Positions 51,776 through 64,000 of a stretch of DNA of 64,000 bases are shown here, piece by piece. Under the pieces are notes generated by a model. The model did no database searches, was not told the origin of the DNA, and saw only the letters and a list, made by a program, of their open reading frames with translations. Where the stretch lies: the NCBI RefSeq assembly GCF_036321535.1, contig NC_087438.1, positions 8,186,001 through 8,250,000 on the forward strand, written 5' to 3'. The stretch is from Camelus dromedarius (Eukaryota). Position 1 is the stretch's first letter, and every line of letters starts with the position of its first letter. The translations under genes were made by a program, and so were the position numbers.

Positions 51776-54133
51776 CCTACAGTGGATGCCCTAAAATTAG
51801 AAAGCGGTGATCTTTATTTTTTGCTTTATTCTGTTTAACCCCAAAGGGAGCAATAGTCTGTGAGAATCCCGTTAGTCTGTGGAGAGTGGGAATTATGGAA
51901 GACGTGTTTTCATCGTTCAATCTGAACTTCCCTCCTCTCTTTTCTAATATAAGTGCTTTCACTATTTTTCTGAGTCATTACTCTTCTAAGAAACAGACCT
52001 TTCCTGATAAAGCAGCTCTCTTTTTCCTGCATGTGTTCTGTTTGAAGAGCAGGTAGGTTGTAATCGAGTGTATTCCAAATCTCGCACTGAGACAATGCGC
52101 ATGGAAGTGTCTGGTACAGTTCCCAACAAATGGCCAGATCTTAAATGTTGGTTGAAGCTAAACTGAAATTAATCTCATCGATCAGTCCCAATAACTATAC
52201 ATCAGTTATTAAAATAAATCATCAGTTTCTGGATTGAGGAAAACAACGCATCATACATAAACCAAGATACTCTCTGTATTGACAATGGAATAAAAATACC
52301 CCTTCCCATTCATTGTTAGGGTGTCAACTTCTAGGGAATCCTGTGCTTATCTGGTACCAAAAACTGATGCTCAAACCAAATCAACAATGTAAAAAATACC
52401 CTGAAATGTCTGAATACTCAATAAACTTAGGTAGACAAAAAAGTATCCTAAGTCAGTTCAGATCTCACCATTGCAGGAAAAGTGAAAACTCCACATACTT
52501 ATCACCAGTCACTGCAAATATCACCTGGCTTACTCCTCCAAGAGCTGCATATTCGAACATAAATATTGAACACCAGGCGGTGAAGTATGCGGTGTGAAAC
52601 GCATCTCAAAGTAGACTATGTTCTTATCTGAAGAACATAAACAGAATTGATTTTTTTTTTTTTTGGTATTCTCCCAGGTAGACTTAAAATCTGCTACTCA
52701 GAGAAAACTAAGGGTTATTATTATAACTTAGATAAACAAAACCTAATGAACCCTGATGTGAGGATGGCATTTAGCAGAACATAAGCAGGTCAGCCGTCAG
52801 CACCTCTTAATTTGCAATTAATCAACCACTGCCTTCTAATATCTCTTCCACTGAATTTTCTTGTTGTTCACCTTTTTGCGCATCCCAAGCATATTTCAAA
52901 ACTCCTGAAAAGCAGAGGCTACTCCAGCAAAGCCACTGAAGGAAACAAGTTTATCCGATCATTCATTCTTTCATTAGACAACTTGTTAAAACACCATGGT
53001 TACACACTCAGCCAATGTGACAGGAAAGAATGAAACAAAAATCATAGTTCTTGTCCTCAACAGACTGACTTCTTTGAAGCCCTCTTCAACCCATTCCTGG
53101 GAACCGGGGAGAAGCCCCAGAGCTTCCTGTACAAGGCAGGGTCCTCCATGATGGACTCTTCCCTGAGAAGACCCCCTACTGCCCCAGAAGAAGAATGAGC
53201 TTTCCCATCTGTGCTTCTGGCAAATGCTCCCACTCCTTGCCAGTAAAGAGTGACCGCCAGGCCTCTCACCTGACCAAGGACCATTCAAGAACAGCAAAAG
53301 CAGAAACCACGGAAGCCCTGTCTCTGAACACAGAAAGGGCCTTAGAACCCAATTTGAAAGTCACCATTACACTCATGGGTTCCATAATTCAACAAATACT
53401 TGTTACACACTGCCAGGTGCTGGGCAGTCCTTAGGTGCTAGCCAGCCAGGGCTGAACAAACTTACACCTTTCTTCAAAGAAAGTGAACTCAAGGAGTCTT
53501 GCGGGGGAAGCCGAGTCTTACACAAGCCATAATAAACCAGTAGTGCTGGCGGACAGCTGGTTTGAACTGGGGGATGGAAGACTGGTCAAGGGATGTAGTA
53601 ACAGCTGTGCTGGTTGTGGGACCCGAGCAGCGGCTGGACTAGCTACTTAGCTACTGCAGGAAGCGGTACAGACCATTCGTGACTGTGGATGACTTATAAA
53701 CCAAACACGGATGAGATACAAATAAATTATATGTATGTACAATGAGACTCTTCAAAAAAAAAAATATATTCCATCCTTGCCTTCCACATCCTTCACGCCA
53801 GCACTCCCAGCCTCACTACCACCATCCACCTTCATGACCATGTGGGGTAACCTCTGTGTGCTTCCATCCCTGCTCATACCAGTCACCATGGGAAGCCCAG
53901 GAACCCCGGGTCCCCGTCAGCTCCTAGACCATCATCCTCAGGAGGCTTTGCACAACTTTTTGTCTAAGTCCATCTTCCACCCTCATCAACCCCTGGAACC
54001 TTTCCACTGTGTTCTCTGCCACTATGTCTTGTCTTCGTGGAGGGACAAAGAAGGAAGCTCTCAGTCCCAAAGGAGCATATTTTAAAAATCATGAAAGAGG
54101 AGACCTTGAAATAGTGACAGAAATTTTACCATC

Positions 54134-54440
54134 AGAAATTGAGGCAGCATGTTGGCAATTATAAAAAATGTTGCTGTTAATAGCAGGTGTATATATCTTT
54201 CTTGAGTTAATTCTTCTTTTGTGGTTGGCTTTATTCCTTTGATAACTATGTAAGTTTAAAAAGCCAAAGCCCTAAACATTCTTGGAAACAATGAACAATA
54301 CACAGACGCAAATTAAAAAATGCGTGCAGTATATTGTGTGTATGTATTTACATGCAATATATTGTATGTGTGCAGTCAAATTGTAACAATTCTGCCTTAT
54401 AAAACTGCTAAATGAAAAAAAAAGAAATTGAGGCAGCATG
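54134..54440 (+). pseudogene. Short retroposed insert (orphan transduction or truncated processed sequence) with 18-bp TSD
   Basis: Perfect direct repeat agaaattgaggcagcatg at 54134-54151 and 54423-54440, with a short A-tail immediately before the second copy. Confidence 0.8.
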
Positions 54441-55943
54441 CTTCTCACACAAAGGAAATTCAACAAATTGAGGGCAGAAGTGCCTGATGTGTATTTTAAC
54501 ATCAAACACGAGCCCTAATAGAAGTTTCAGTAATGTCGGTAGTTAAGCGTATGAAAATTTAATTGTCATCTAGATTATTATATTCACATTAGAAACGGTA
54601 TCAATGAACGAAATGGTATACAGCCACAGAAACAAGCCTAAAGATTGCAGTGGGGGAGTATTTATGACTTCAGAGGGGTCAGCTTGCATCTGGGCCCTCG
54701 GCATTTTCAGACTGCCATCTGTCCCTGCAGCAATCACACAAAGGCAGCCTGCAAATTCACGCGCCACGCGGGGAGGGCACAGCTCACCGCCTTATCACCT
54801 CTCCTAGACTGTGAGTACCTGCACAAGGTAAGGGGAGGTGTTCATGCTTCATGAGAGCTGTCAGTCTTAGTTTCTTGCCAGATCCTACTTGCCAAGAACA
54901 CGCTGTGGCTCTCAGCTCTTTACATCTGGGCTGTTACATTTCCCTGGGGAATACTGCCTTCAATTGAGAGATCAATTGCCGAAGTGACCCCAAACTGCCA
55001 TAGGTGACTTCTTTAAGATTTTTATATTATTACTCTAAATTTCTGTTTTCTGACTTTGCTTTTGGGTGAATTTAAAAGCTGTCAACCACGTGGTAATATG
55101 ATTCCAAAAATAAGCAAGTAATATATGCACCTTTGTTAGAAATTCAAATGGCACAAGGAGGTATCTGACGATGTTGTTCGTATTCAAAAGCAACAGATCC
55201 CAGCTGGTTTATTAACCTCACACAAAGACAGCTTTAGTCATGAGAGTCAAGACACAAAAAGCTTTCTCCCAAACTCCAGACAAGCCAGAGAGAGTTGAAG
55301 ATCTCAACATATTTTGCAAACAGTTTCGGCATTATTTTTCTTTCCGTAAACTGACTTTATAGGTGCTTGTACCGCCACAATGCCTGTCCATGTCTTGTGA
55401 CAATTACTTATGGAACAAGTACGGATGCTATCATGAATAGAACCTAAGTACACTCTTCTCTACCTCCTTTTCCAAACTCTGATCCTGGGAGTGGGAGCCA
55501 TTGAGAGAGTAACACAATGTGGAAATCACTCACAGAGAAAAAATTCTGCCTCAATTACATCAAATCAGTATTTCCATTTAAATGCCTTTACTATTATTTC
55601 ATCCTGAAAGATAATTATCAAAGCACAAAAGATATGAATGAGAGTGCAAGAGAATCATTACATTTATAACTGACATTCCCTGGAAGGTAAATGTTTGGTC
55701 GCCATTTGTAACTTTTACGTGTGAACAGGATTAACTACAGAGAATGCAGACAGAGTATGTGCTTCTCCCACAGCAACTCCCACCCTCTCTGTGGGACCAT
55801 TTCTACTCCTTGGATAAAATCACAGGTGGGTGGTCCCCGTCATCTCCTCCTCCTCCTCCTCTTCCTACTCATTCTCATTCCTAGGTCTATCCTTTTTCTT
55901 ATCCTTATGTTGATTACTCAGATGATAATTTTAGAAGTCCTTT

Positions 55944-56492
55944 TGAGACAGGAAGGAAGGGGGCAGGGCATAACCATGGAAAGAATGACATGGCCATTGA
56001 GGAAAAACAGGATAGAATAAAGACTGATCAGAACCAACGAGGACCAAGATGGTGGAAGATCTGACTTTCTGTAACCTTGAGCCTCATTACACGCTCATTG
56101 TAATACACCAGCATGTTAAATGACACACCCACAGGTGCTCTGAGAGGGCCAAGGCTGACCATTAAAGGCCAGAAAGTGAGCGGCAGCCCAATTCCTGGGA
56201 ATCCCAGCCCCTTCCCCAAAATATTTGGAATAATCCTCCCACTTGTTAGCATATGAAATTACCCAGCCCATAAATACCAACCCCCTCCACACCCCCGGGG
56301 CTGCTCTCACTTTCTGACATGATCTGCGTTTTGCCTATGGAATGTGTATCTCTCTCAATAAAACTGCTTTCGTTTTACTTTTGCTCGGTCTCGAGTTCTT
56401 TCCTACACGAAGCCAAGGACGTTCACTTGGTGGTCCATTCCAGGGGCTCACGCACACCCACCTGGGACATGATATTTCCTCCTCCTGCAACG
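55944..56492 (+). mobile_element. MER41-like ERV1 solo LTR
   Basis: Starts TG and ends ...tcctgcaac(g). Contains ccaagatgg, gaataatcctcccacttgttagcatat, cggggctgctct, the poly(A) signal aataaaactgctttc and gagttctttcctacacgaagccaaggac, all resembling MER41-family LTRs. Approximate 4-bp TSD cttt/ctgt. Confidence 0.8.
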
Positions 56493-58289
56493 CTGTGTGT
56501 CATAAAAGCAAGATAATTTCAGTAATTAAACTGTCCGGTTGCTTGTAAGAGTCAAAATTCCAAAATACATATAAAAGTTCAAGAGCCTTCCCACTTTGAA
56601 CCTGCTTCAGTGGGGAAGCCTCCAGTAGTAAAGCAGAGAAGTGTCTGACCCCTCACTGAGTCCCTGACCTTGAATTTCTCTGGCTTCACACCCGAGCTTG
56701 CTGGCTGGGGCTTCCCACTCGTTCAAGAGTCAGCACGGGTGGGGTGAGTACTGAGAATGGGAGAGTCTGACTTGAGGAGAAAGTTCATGGACCAGCTTTG
56801 ATGCTCGGTGGTGTGGACATCTGTTGGGAGCTGACTCCTTACCCCTGTGGAAAAGATGTTCAGGAGGGACATCTGAAGGTCACTGCCTGGGACGTGGGCA
56901 ATACCTCTCCACTGTTCTTCCACTAACATCCACCCCAAGCCCAGTGCTACACCTGACAGTGTCCTTGTAGCCTTCTTTTCTAAAGTTTCCCGCTCCTGGT
57001 AAGCTTCCAGAGTGGGGTTCTTTCCCCAATGACCCAGCAAGGCTCCTGTACCAGGGTCCACATCTTGTCCCCTCTTCGCCCCATAGTCCAAAGGGCCATT
57101 TTCTCTCCTGTGGCTCCCCGCTTTGCTGCCATGGGCCACTCCAGCCAGCTTCTGCCTGGGGGCTGGGTAGGCTTGAGTTATAAACTGGTGAAATATTTCT
57201 ATAAAAGAGAGTTGATGTGTCTAAGAAAACTAGGTGGAATGCTCTGGAAAGGCATTACCCCAAGTTACTGAAAAACTGATGAGAAAAAAAGGCAAAAGAT
57301 GAAAAGAATCATAAAATACAATTTAAAACATTAGTCAAGAAGATCTCTGTATTCCAACTACGTCACAAGTAACTCTAAGTGCCCTCCTTTTTGAAAACAC
57401 TAGGACCCGGAAGGGGCAGGGCTGCATGAGGGGTGACGTTTGTACCCAATGGATGGGAGGCAACACAAGAAAAGGCCCAGCTCCTCAGCAGAAAGTTAGC
57501 AAAGGACTCAACATTTGCACAGTTTATGTTAAAACAAATGCCTAACGGATGCATGCATCATATTTTTGACTTTCTCTTTGAACCAGGTTTTTCAACTGCC
57601 TGACCCTCTCCCACCATCACTGACTTGGTAAGAAGAGAGAGTTTCCATCCTGCCATATTGTCTCCTCTCCTCAGGCTGTGGAGTCAGAAAACAAAAGGGA
57701 AACCCCCACAAATCTGAGGCAGAAAACAAAAACAAAAGCTTTTCAGGTTTTGAGCCCCCCTCCCATATCTGTTTTTTCATTCATGCCCCCAATTCTAAGT
57801 ATATTAGTCCTCTTATGTCTCCACATCTGCACTGCGTAATCCCTCAAAAAGGCACCACAGGCAGGTTTCCGTGAAGGGAATTCCTTATCCTGCGAATTAA
57901 AACTCAACAGCTCCTCACCGTCTTCCTCCGTTGAGTTATTCTCTGGAGCACTGACACAGGCATCCACCTGCTTCCTGTGCTGTTGGGTTGCGTTTTCCTC
58001 CTATTTCTCTGACTACTTGTTTTTTCCCTTCTTCAGTGCTACCCTCATTGGCACAACCCGAGGTTTGTCTTCCCCGCATTCACAACTCCTTGATTCAAGC
58101 CCGTTATTTCAACTCACACATCTAGGGTGGCACCAGTGGTGTCTCGATGCCAACAGCTCTGAGCACTGCTCTTGACCACTGGCAGGGGCTCAACAAAAGT
58201 GGTGAATGAATGGGCAACTTCCAAATCTACCTTGTTAGCCTTGACGTCTTCCCAGGTTCCAAATCTACATTCCCAGGGTCATCACTGGG

Positions 58290-58470
58290 CAGTGCCCAAC
58301 AGGGACAGTTACTTAATTGAGACTCTTTTCCTTTATCTAGCACCCAGAAGTGATAATAAAATATCAGTGATGATGATAAAATGATAAACATTGTATTATA
58401 AACAATGACGCATGCCAAGGACTTACAAAGTGCTAGGAACATACCAAGCCCTCCGTAAACAGTAGCTTTG
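58290..58470 (+). mobile_element. MIR 3' part
   Basis: agttacttaattgagactcttttcctttatct...aggacttacaaagtgctaggaacataccaagccctccgtaaacagtagc. Confidence 0.55.
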
Positions 58471-58499
58471 TTTCATGACGTATTAGATATCGCCTTTCC

Positions 58500-59450
58500 G
58501 ATGTCATCTCGTATTTGTCTAAAACTTAATCCATTACCTTAAACCTAAAAAGTGGTTCTCGTCCTCTGTGCCTTGCTTCAGTGACTCGATTACCACAGCT
58601 TTAGTCATCTATTTCTGAATCAGTTTCTACTCCCTTCTCAACCCTTACCTCCAATAAATTACCAAATTCTGCCCATTTCCCCAACCTCGCCTCCAAAAAA
58701 AAATCTACAAAGCTAAAAATATTAAAGCTGAACTGTGTTCCTCTTTCTGTTCCCACAGTCACTGACCTACTTTGGGCCCTCGTCATCTTTCATCTGGACC
58801 GTGCAGTAGGCCCCTTCCTGGGCTATTGTACGTGGATGCCTTATACAGCACCAGCCCGTAATAGTCCCCCTCTGCTTCTGAAACACTCTGAGACGGATGC
58901 CAGTTATATGTCTACACGATAATGTTTTTAAATGGCTCGGAAACTTTCAACGGCTCCTTACTACTTGAAGAATCAATTCATGCTTCTAAGCATGAAACGA
59001 TCTGACCCCAACCCACCTTTCCAATCTCCTCTCCCAGGTGCATGTAGGCGGGTACCTGTGATTCCCTGCCTGGGGCACTTTCTCAGATTTCCAGTGCATT
59101 CCCTTGCTGTAGAAAAGATTCTGCTTCCATTTCTGAGCATCAAAACCTTACTTGTACTTCAAAGCCCTTCACTTTCCGGATGCTCTTCTGTATAACTGTT
59201 TTTTTTTGGGGGGGGTGGAATTAAGACCGTCTTTCTCCATTTTTCTGTGATGTTTCCTCAAAACTTTTATAAGCCATGTATTCTGTCTGTGTTCAATAAT
59301 AATTTATACACATGCAGCCATTATATACAAATGTATTTGGACATCTATGTGTTATAGACTAACAGGCTGTATGCCTGTGGAGGATTTTATTTATCTTGAC
59401 TTGACTTAACACAGCGGTGGAAGGGTTCAAAACATGAATGAATAAATGTA
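58500..59450 (+). mobile_element. L2 LINE fragment
   Basis: cttgcttcagtgactcgattaccac...cctcgtcatctttcatctggacc...aactttcaacggctcctta...aacatgaatgaataaatg tail. Confidence 0.65.
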
Positions 59451-60399
59451 TAAACATATCCTACTCCACATAAATCTAACTGTGATCACTGGCATTTTGA
59501 AATGTGTTATAAAATATGTGGCAGGAAACACACATTTTTTTCTAAATTATATAAAATAATTCCCCAAAGTTGTTAGTCAACTCTGGCTTATTTATTACCT
59601 GTTATAAATTTAGTACAATCTAAAAAACTTTTGGTTGAACAATCAGGACCAGACTTCAGATCAGTTTGGCCCAGGCTCACTTAGCACTGCATTACTTACA
59701 TATTCCTGTGACAGGGGCTGAAATCCTATAACCGACCCTGGCGCCTACCAGAGAATGACTCTATGTCCCTCCATCTCTCTACTTTGAGCATCCGCTGTCT
59801 TATGACTTCCGGTGCTATTGGGTTTCTGGCAGTTGCTTCCACTCTGGGTAAGCCCTTCGGGTACACAGTCTGGAGACGGCCCGCTGGGCATTACTGGCTT
59901 TTCCTTTAGATCTATCTGTCCCCTCACCTCCACGTGCCGCACTCCTGGGACAAGCAAATTGTGCCAACCCACACTTCCAAAGAGGCCAGACTCTCTCCTG
60001 GAACTTGGTATTCTCTCCTTAACAGCTGCATGGAGCCTGCCAACCTGATATAAACCTCTGGTGAGAGACTGAATGCCCTGATGCTGGGGAATGATCTCCC
60101 ATTTGTGCACAATAAGGAGCAATTGGATAGAAAGTCACTCTGAGAAGAAAATTAAAGCTAAGCAATGTTTAGATTATTTTCTTACCAAAAGCCATGAAGA
60201 AGAGAAGTGTCAAAAGTCTCACTGAAAAGAGATCCCTGCAGAAAGATGTGACTATAATTTGTGTCCCTGGTTCAGTAAACACTCAATGCCTTAGTAGAAT
60301 ATAAGGAGGTACAATGTTTAGATTCTCCACCTCTACCCATTCTCTTTATGCATACCACTGTGTCACGACGTCAGCATGGTGCCACCTGGAGGACTTCTG

Positions 60400-60680
60400 C
60401 CTCTAACACTCAGCTCAGACATCAGTCTTCCCAAGGCCAGCCCCAGCCTGCCCTGACGCCCCTCTCACTGTGCTTGCCTTCACACCTTCATTCTAGCATT
60501 CATCACCTCGTCACACATTAAACATCCGACTCCCGCCACCACTAGGATGTTTGAGTGCTTAGAGGAGAGATGCTATTTTAATTTTAACTGTGTTTCTTCT
60601 ACTGCTATTCACATCCCCAACAGAGAGTCATCAGCACTTAAATGTTTGTGGAATGAACAAGCCTGAAAGAATGAAAGGGT
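60400..60680 (+). mobile_element. L2 3' end fragment
   Basis: actcagctcagacatcagtcttcccaagg...cactaggatgtttgagtgcttagagg...gcacttaaatgtttgtggaatgaa. Confidence 0.55.
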
Positions 60681-61390
60681 TGATTCCACCTAAATGACGA
60701 CACTTCAAGTTGGAAAACAAGTGCTTATTCTTCACCCTGACAATTGTCCCGGAACCCCCAAGTGGCTGACTCGTATTTGGGGAACACGTTAGATGCCTTT
60801 GGAAGATGCAGTCATTCTCCTGCAAGGCTCTCTGATATCCTGAGCCAGTTATGACGTTCTGGTTCCAGGATGATGGAGGTGCTGCTGGGTAAAGGATCTT
60901 GGAATTTTTGAAGCCGAAAAGGTGCTGTTTCAAGTAGTGCGGGTCCTGCATTTGATAATGACAGATGGAATTTAACTTTGCGGTACACGTCCCTTCTGGG
61001 GGACATCACTTTAGGGAGCCCTTTCAGTCATGCAGATGGTAGGCAAGTGTGACCCCAGCATGGGCTTCAGCCCAGGACTTTAAGTGTGGTATAGTAATAT
61101 GAATTGAGTATATTTTTAGCTAGGCTACTCCTATGAAGAGGAAGAAGGTGTCCTATGCCTGTGCTTGAGACATGCCCATAATGACTCCACACAGTTCTCA
61201 GAAAATCTGGGGTGGGGGCTGGGGAGTGGGTATTGGGGTGGTCTAATCTCTCTTAAACTCTCCTTAAAGAAGAACCTGTGACTAGAAATCAGACTGGGTT
61301 TGGTCCCCTATACCTGTATTGTTGGAGTCTGACGTAGTTAAGATGAGGATGGTCCAAATGGAAAATATCACTGTGTATTGTGACGGTCTC

Positions 61391-61776
61391 TGCAGAGGAC
61401 TGAATGTGTGTGTGTCCCCAGCCTCACCCCAACCCCCACCCCCACCCCCACCTAAATTCATCCGTTGAAATCCTAGCCCTCCTGTGTGATGGTATTAGGA
61501 GGCGGGGCCTTCGGAAGGTGGCCAGGTCATGAGGGTGAAGCCCTGCAATGGGATTAGTCCCTCTTAGGGATCCCAGGGAGCTCTCTCGCCCTCTCTCTGC
61601 TGTGTGAGGGCGTAGCAAGAAGGCAGCCATCAGCAAACCAGGAAGAGAGGCCTCCCCAGAACCTGACCATGCTGCACCCTAATCTTGGACTTCGGCCTCC
61701 AGAACTGCGAGAAATAAGTTACTTCTTCTTATTTGTCAGTGAAATTTTGTTAGAGCAGCCCAAACAGACTAGGATG
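61391..61776 (+). mobile_element. MLT1A0-like solo LTR with 5-bp TSD
   Basis: tgcagaggactgaatgtgtgtg...gtcatgagggtgaagccctgcaatgggattagtcc...ggcctccagaactgcgagaaataag...cagactaggatg; TSD gtctc (61386-61390) / gtctt (61777-61781). Confidence 0.9.
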
Positions 61777-64000
61777 GTCTTATACAGGGGCCAGGGTGTG
61801 TCCTGTAGAGGAGGGCAGGGGGTTCTGCTCAGAAAAGGGACTGTCCCTTCTCCATCATCCAGAGGCAGAAAAAGAGCTGGCCTTCAGAATGGGGAGGGGG
61901 TTCCTATTCCTCCGTGGCTCCAGGGGGTGCCACATGGTCTTGGAGGATGCGGCAATGAGGTACAAGGTGCCCCCCACAAGGCTGCTGAAGCCTGTCATGG
62001 GCTCATGCACGGCCAGCACCTGGATCTGAGAGCAGGTGGACATCCTTTCCTCATGGGCTTTCCCAAATTTTTACAGTAATCAGAGCTATGGGAACCAGAG
62101 TGGTGGGGTGGGGGAAGTCCTGTCCATATGAAATGCTCAGAATACTGAGAATAAATCTGTGTGGGCTGACCTCCAGCAAATAAGGAGAGAGAAGTCTTCT
62201 GACAAGATGCACTGGACAGAGAAAGCAGAAGAATTTTATTTTGTCAGCATTAGCTACCTATGAAGGTGGCAGTCTTCATCTCTGTCTTCAGTCCCTCTAT
62301 GTTATGGCTGCTAGGATTTAGAATTACTTTAAGTATATGAAATAATACTCTAATCTCCAGTGAGTTATTCTAAGGAAATAATTCAGCTACTAGAAATTGC
62401 TGGTCTCTCCTCAGGCCAGAAAATGTTTGCTTACAAACATTTCCTTTTTTTTAGGCACAAAACCAGGAGCCTGTTCTGTAGCCCAAGTTCTCTTCGTCCA
62501 CGTAAGCGTTTAAATGCACAGTGTTAGGCTAACGTGGATCCAGACTTTTTTCCTTGCATTTCTGTTGATGGTTGGCTAAGCAAACAATTACTGCGTTCTT
62601 CAGACTTCGGGCTGAATCAACAGATGTCCTGCTGGAGAGGAAGGTGTTTCCCTTCTGTCTCTGATAATGACAATGCAAAGGAGAAAACTGGTTTTCTTTA
62701 ATGTAGCCCCAAACACCATATATCAACACATTATCAAATGAAATTATCTCTTTTATGCTGTACTCGAAAAAAATTTTAATATTCATGTGAAATAAAAAAC
62801 GCTTAGAGGCAGAAAAAAATAAATGTAACATAAAAAATGTCTCCAGGATGCAACACCGTTTCCCAGTCATCATGAAAATGACAAAACAGGTGCTACTGAG
62901 GTTAGAACTGAAGAGAATCACTAGAAATACTAAGTTGGGCTGACATCAACACGATACTAACACCAGATACTAACACCGTTTGCCTTTGGCGTAGGCAACT
63001 TACTGAGAGCTCTGAATTCTTTTTAAAAGACAAAAACCAATCAAGGGCTTTAAAATACAAAAGAGTGCCATGAAGATCAGGTAACTAAGCGTTAAGGCAA
63101 AAAGACCACATTTCTAGGAACTCTATAAAGCCTGACATTCTGTTGGTTTCCCTAAGGCACTGCATCAGTGAACAGATTTGGGTTTTATTGGCTAGAGGGA
63201 ACGATTCTCTGTAAATACAGGCATTTAGACTTATAAAAGGCACTTATAAAACGGATAGAGGATGCCAGAAATTATACACACTGTGGACTATAAAAAATAC
63301 TGTTAAAAAAGCCACCCTGTAGGAGGTTCTATAACATTTATCTAGTTGGAACCAGCTTTGTATTTCCCCTGATTCTCCCATTTAACAGTAGACTTTGTGG
63401 GGTAGGGGAAGAAAAGAAAGTAAATAATGAAAAAACGTAAGAAAAGTATGAGGGTTAAAGAGTGGCTCATGGAAAAGGGAGGAGCTTGAAATCAGGAGAA
63501 TATTTATAATTATAGGGGAGAGCAATTGAGCAGTAGAGAAAGGAGCCACAGAGAGTTTCAAAGTAAAATAAAAGGTAAATGAGTAAGAAATGAGTGCTTG
63601 GTTTGCTTATTTTTTAAAAAGGTACAACTCATAAAAAATCTCTGAGGTAGGAAACAGACTGCAGGTCGATGCAGTAGTCTCTTTCTCTTTCTCCTTCCCT
63701 TTCTTTAGCGAGAAATGCATTTAAATGAGAGCAGACACAGCTCTTCCAAACAGGCTTTACTGGGGAGCGGGTTTAAATTTCTCAACTTTTCAAGAGAGGG
63801 CTCCTCCACCCCACCTTACTAAGGCAAAAATGCTTGTTGTAACTTTTAGGAACAGAATCCAGTCTTCACAAGATACAAACAAGATAATTTAAAAAAAAAA
63901 AAAGCCCTGCATTTTCACCAAGACCAAAACCCCTTGCTACTTAAGTGGGGTCTTTGTTCCTTACAACATGGGAGACATCTAAGAGCTCGTTACAAATGCT

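Noticed and set aside
53064..53198. Exon-like segment after ttgtcctcaacag encoding TDFFEALFNPFLGTGEKPQSFLYKAG...
   Set aside because: The acceptor sits at the edge of an L2-like remnant, the peptide is unrecognised and no partner exons are evident.
53700..53770. AATAAA followed by an A-run, considered as a retrocopy 3' end
   Set aside because: I found no matching upstream target-site duplication.
60740..60947. Minus-strand exon-like segment after ...ttatcaaatgcag
   Set aside because: Weak polypyrimidine tract, no clear donor, and the peptides are unrecognised.

Overview
Mammalian nuclear DNA, AT-rich and CpG-depleted. It is very probably from a camelid (alpaca, llama or camel), based on two tRNA-Ala-derived Vic-1-type SINEs. 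I recognise no protein-coding gene, so the window reads as intergenic or deep intronic sequence. The ORF track is noise except for fragments of a dead LINE-1 ORF2 at 7.7-9.0 kb. The window is dominated by transposable elements: young and old L1 fragments, L2, MIR, MLT1 (ERVL-MaLR) LTRs, a MER41-like ERV1 solo LTR and a probable hAT fossil. The most notable observations are: (1) a tailless retrocopy of a 5' tRNA-Cys(GCA) half ending at the anticodon, with flanking direct repeats, at 39.6 kb; (2) a ~270 bp orphan retroposed insert with a perfect 18-bp target-site duplication at 54.1-54.4 kb; (3) a MER41-like LTR with an altered tandem STAT/GAS region; (4) a tandem Vic-1 SINE pair inside one MIR; (5) a 76-bp tandem duplication; (6) candidate non-coding exons. 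I found no evidence for a new multi-gene biological system. Repeat family names come from recalled consensus sequences, not from a database search, and boundaries of old elements are approximate.
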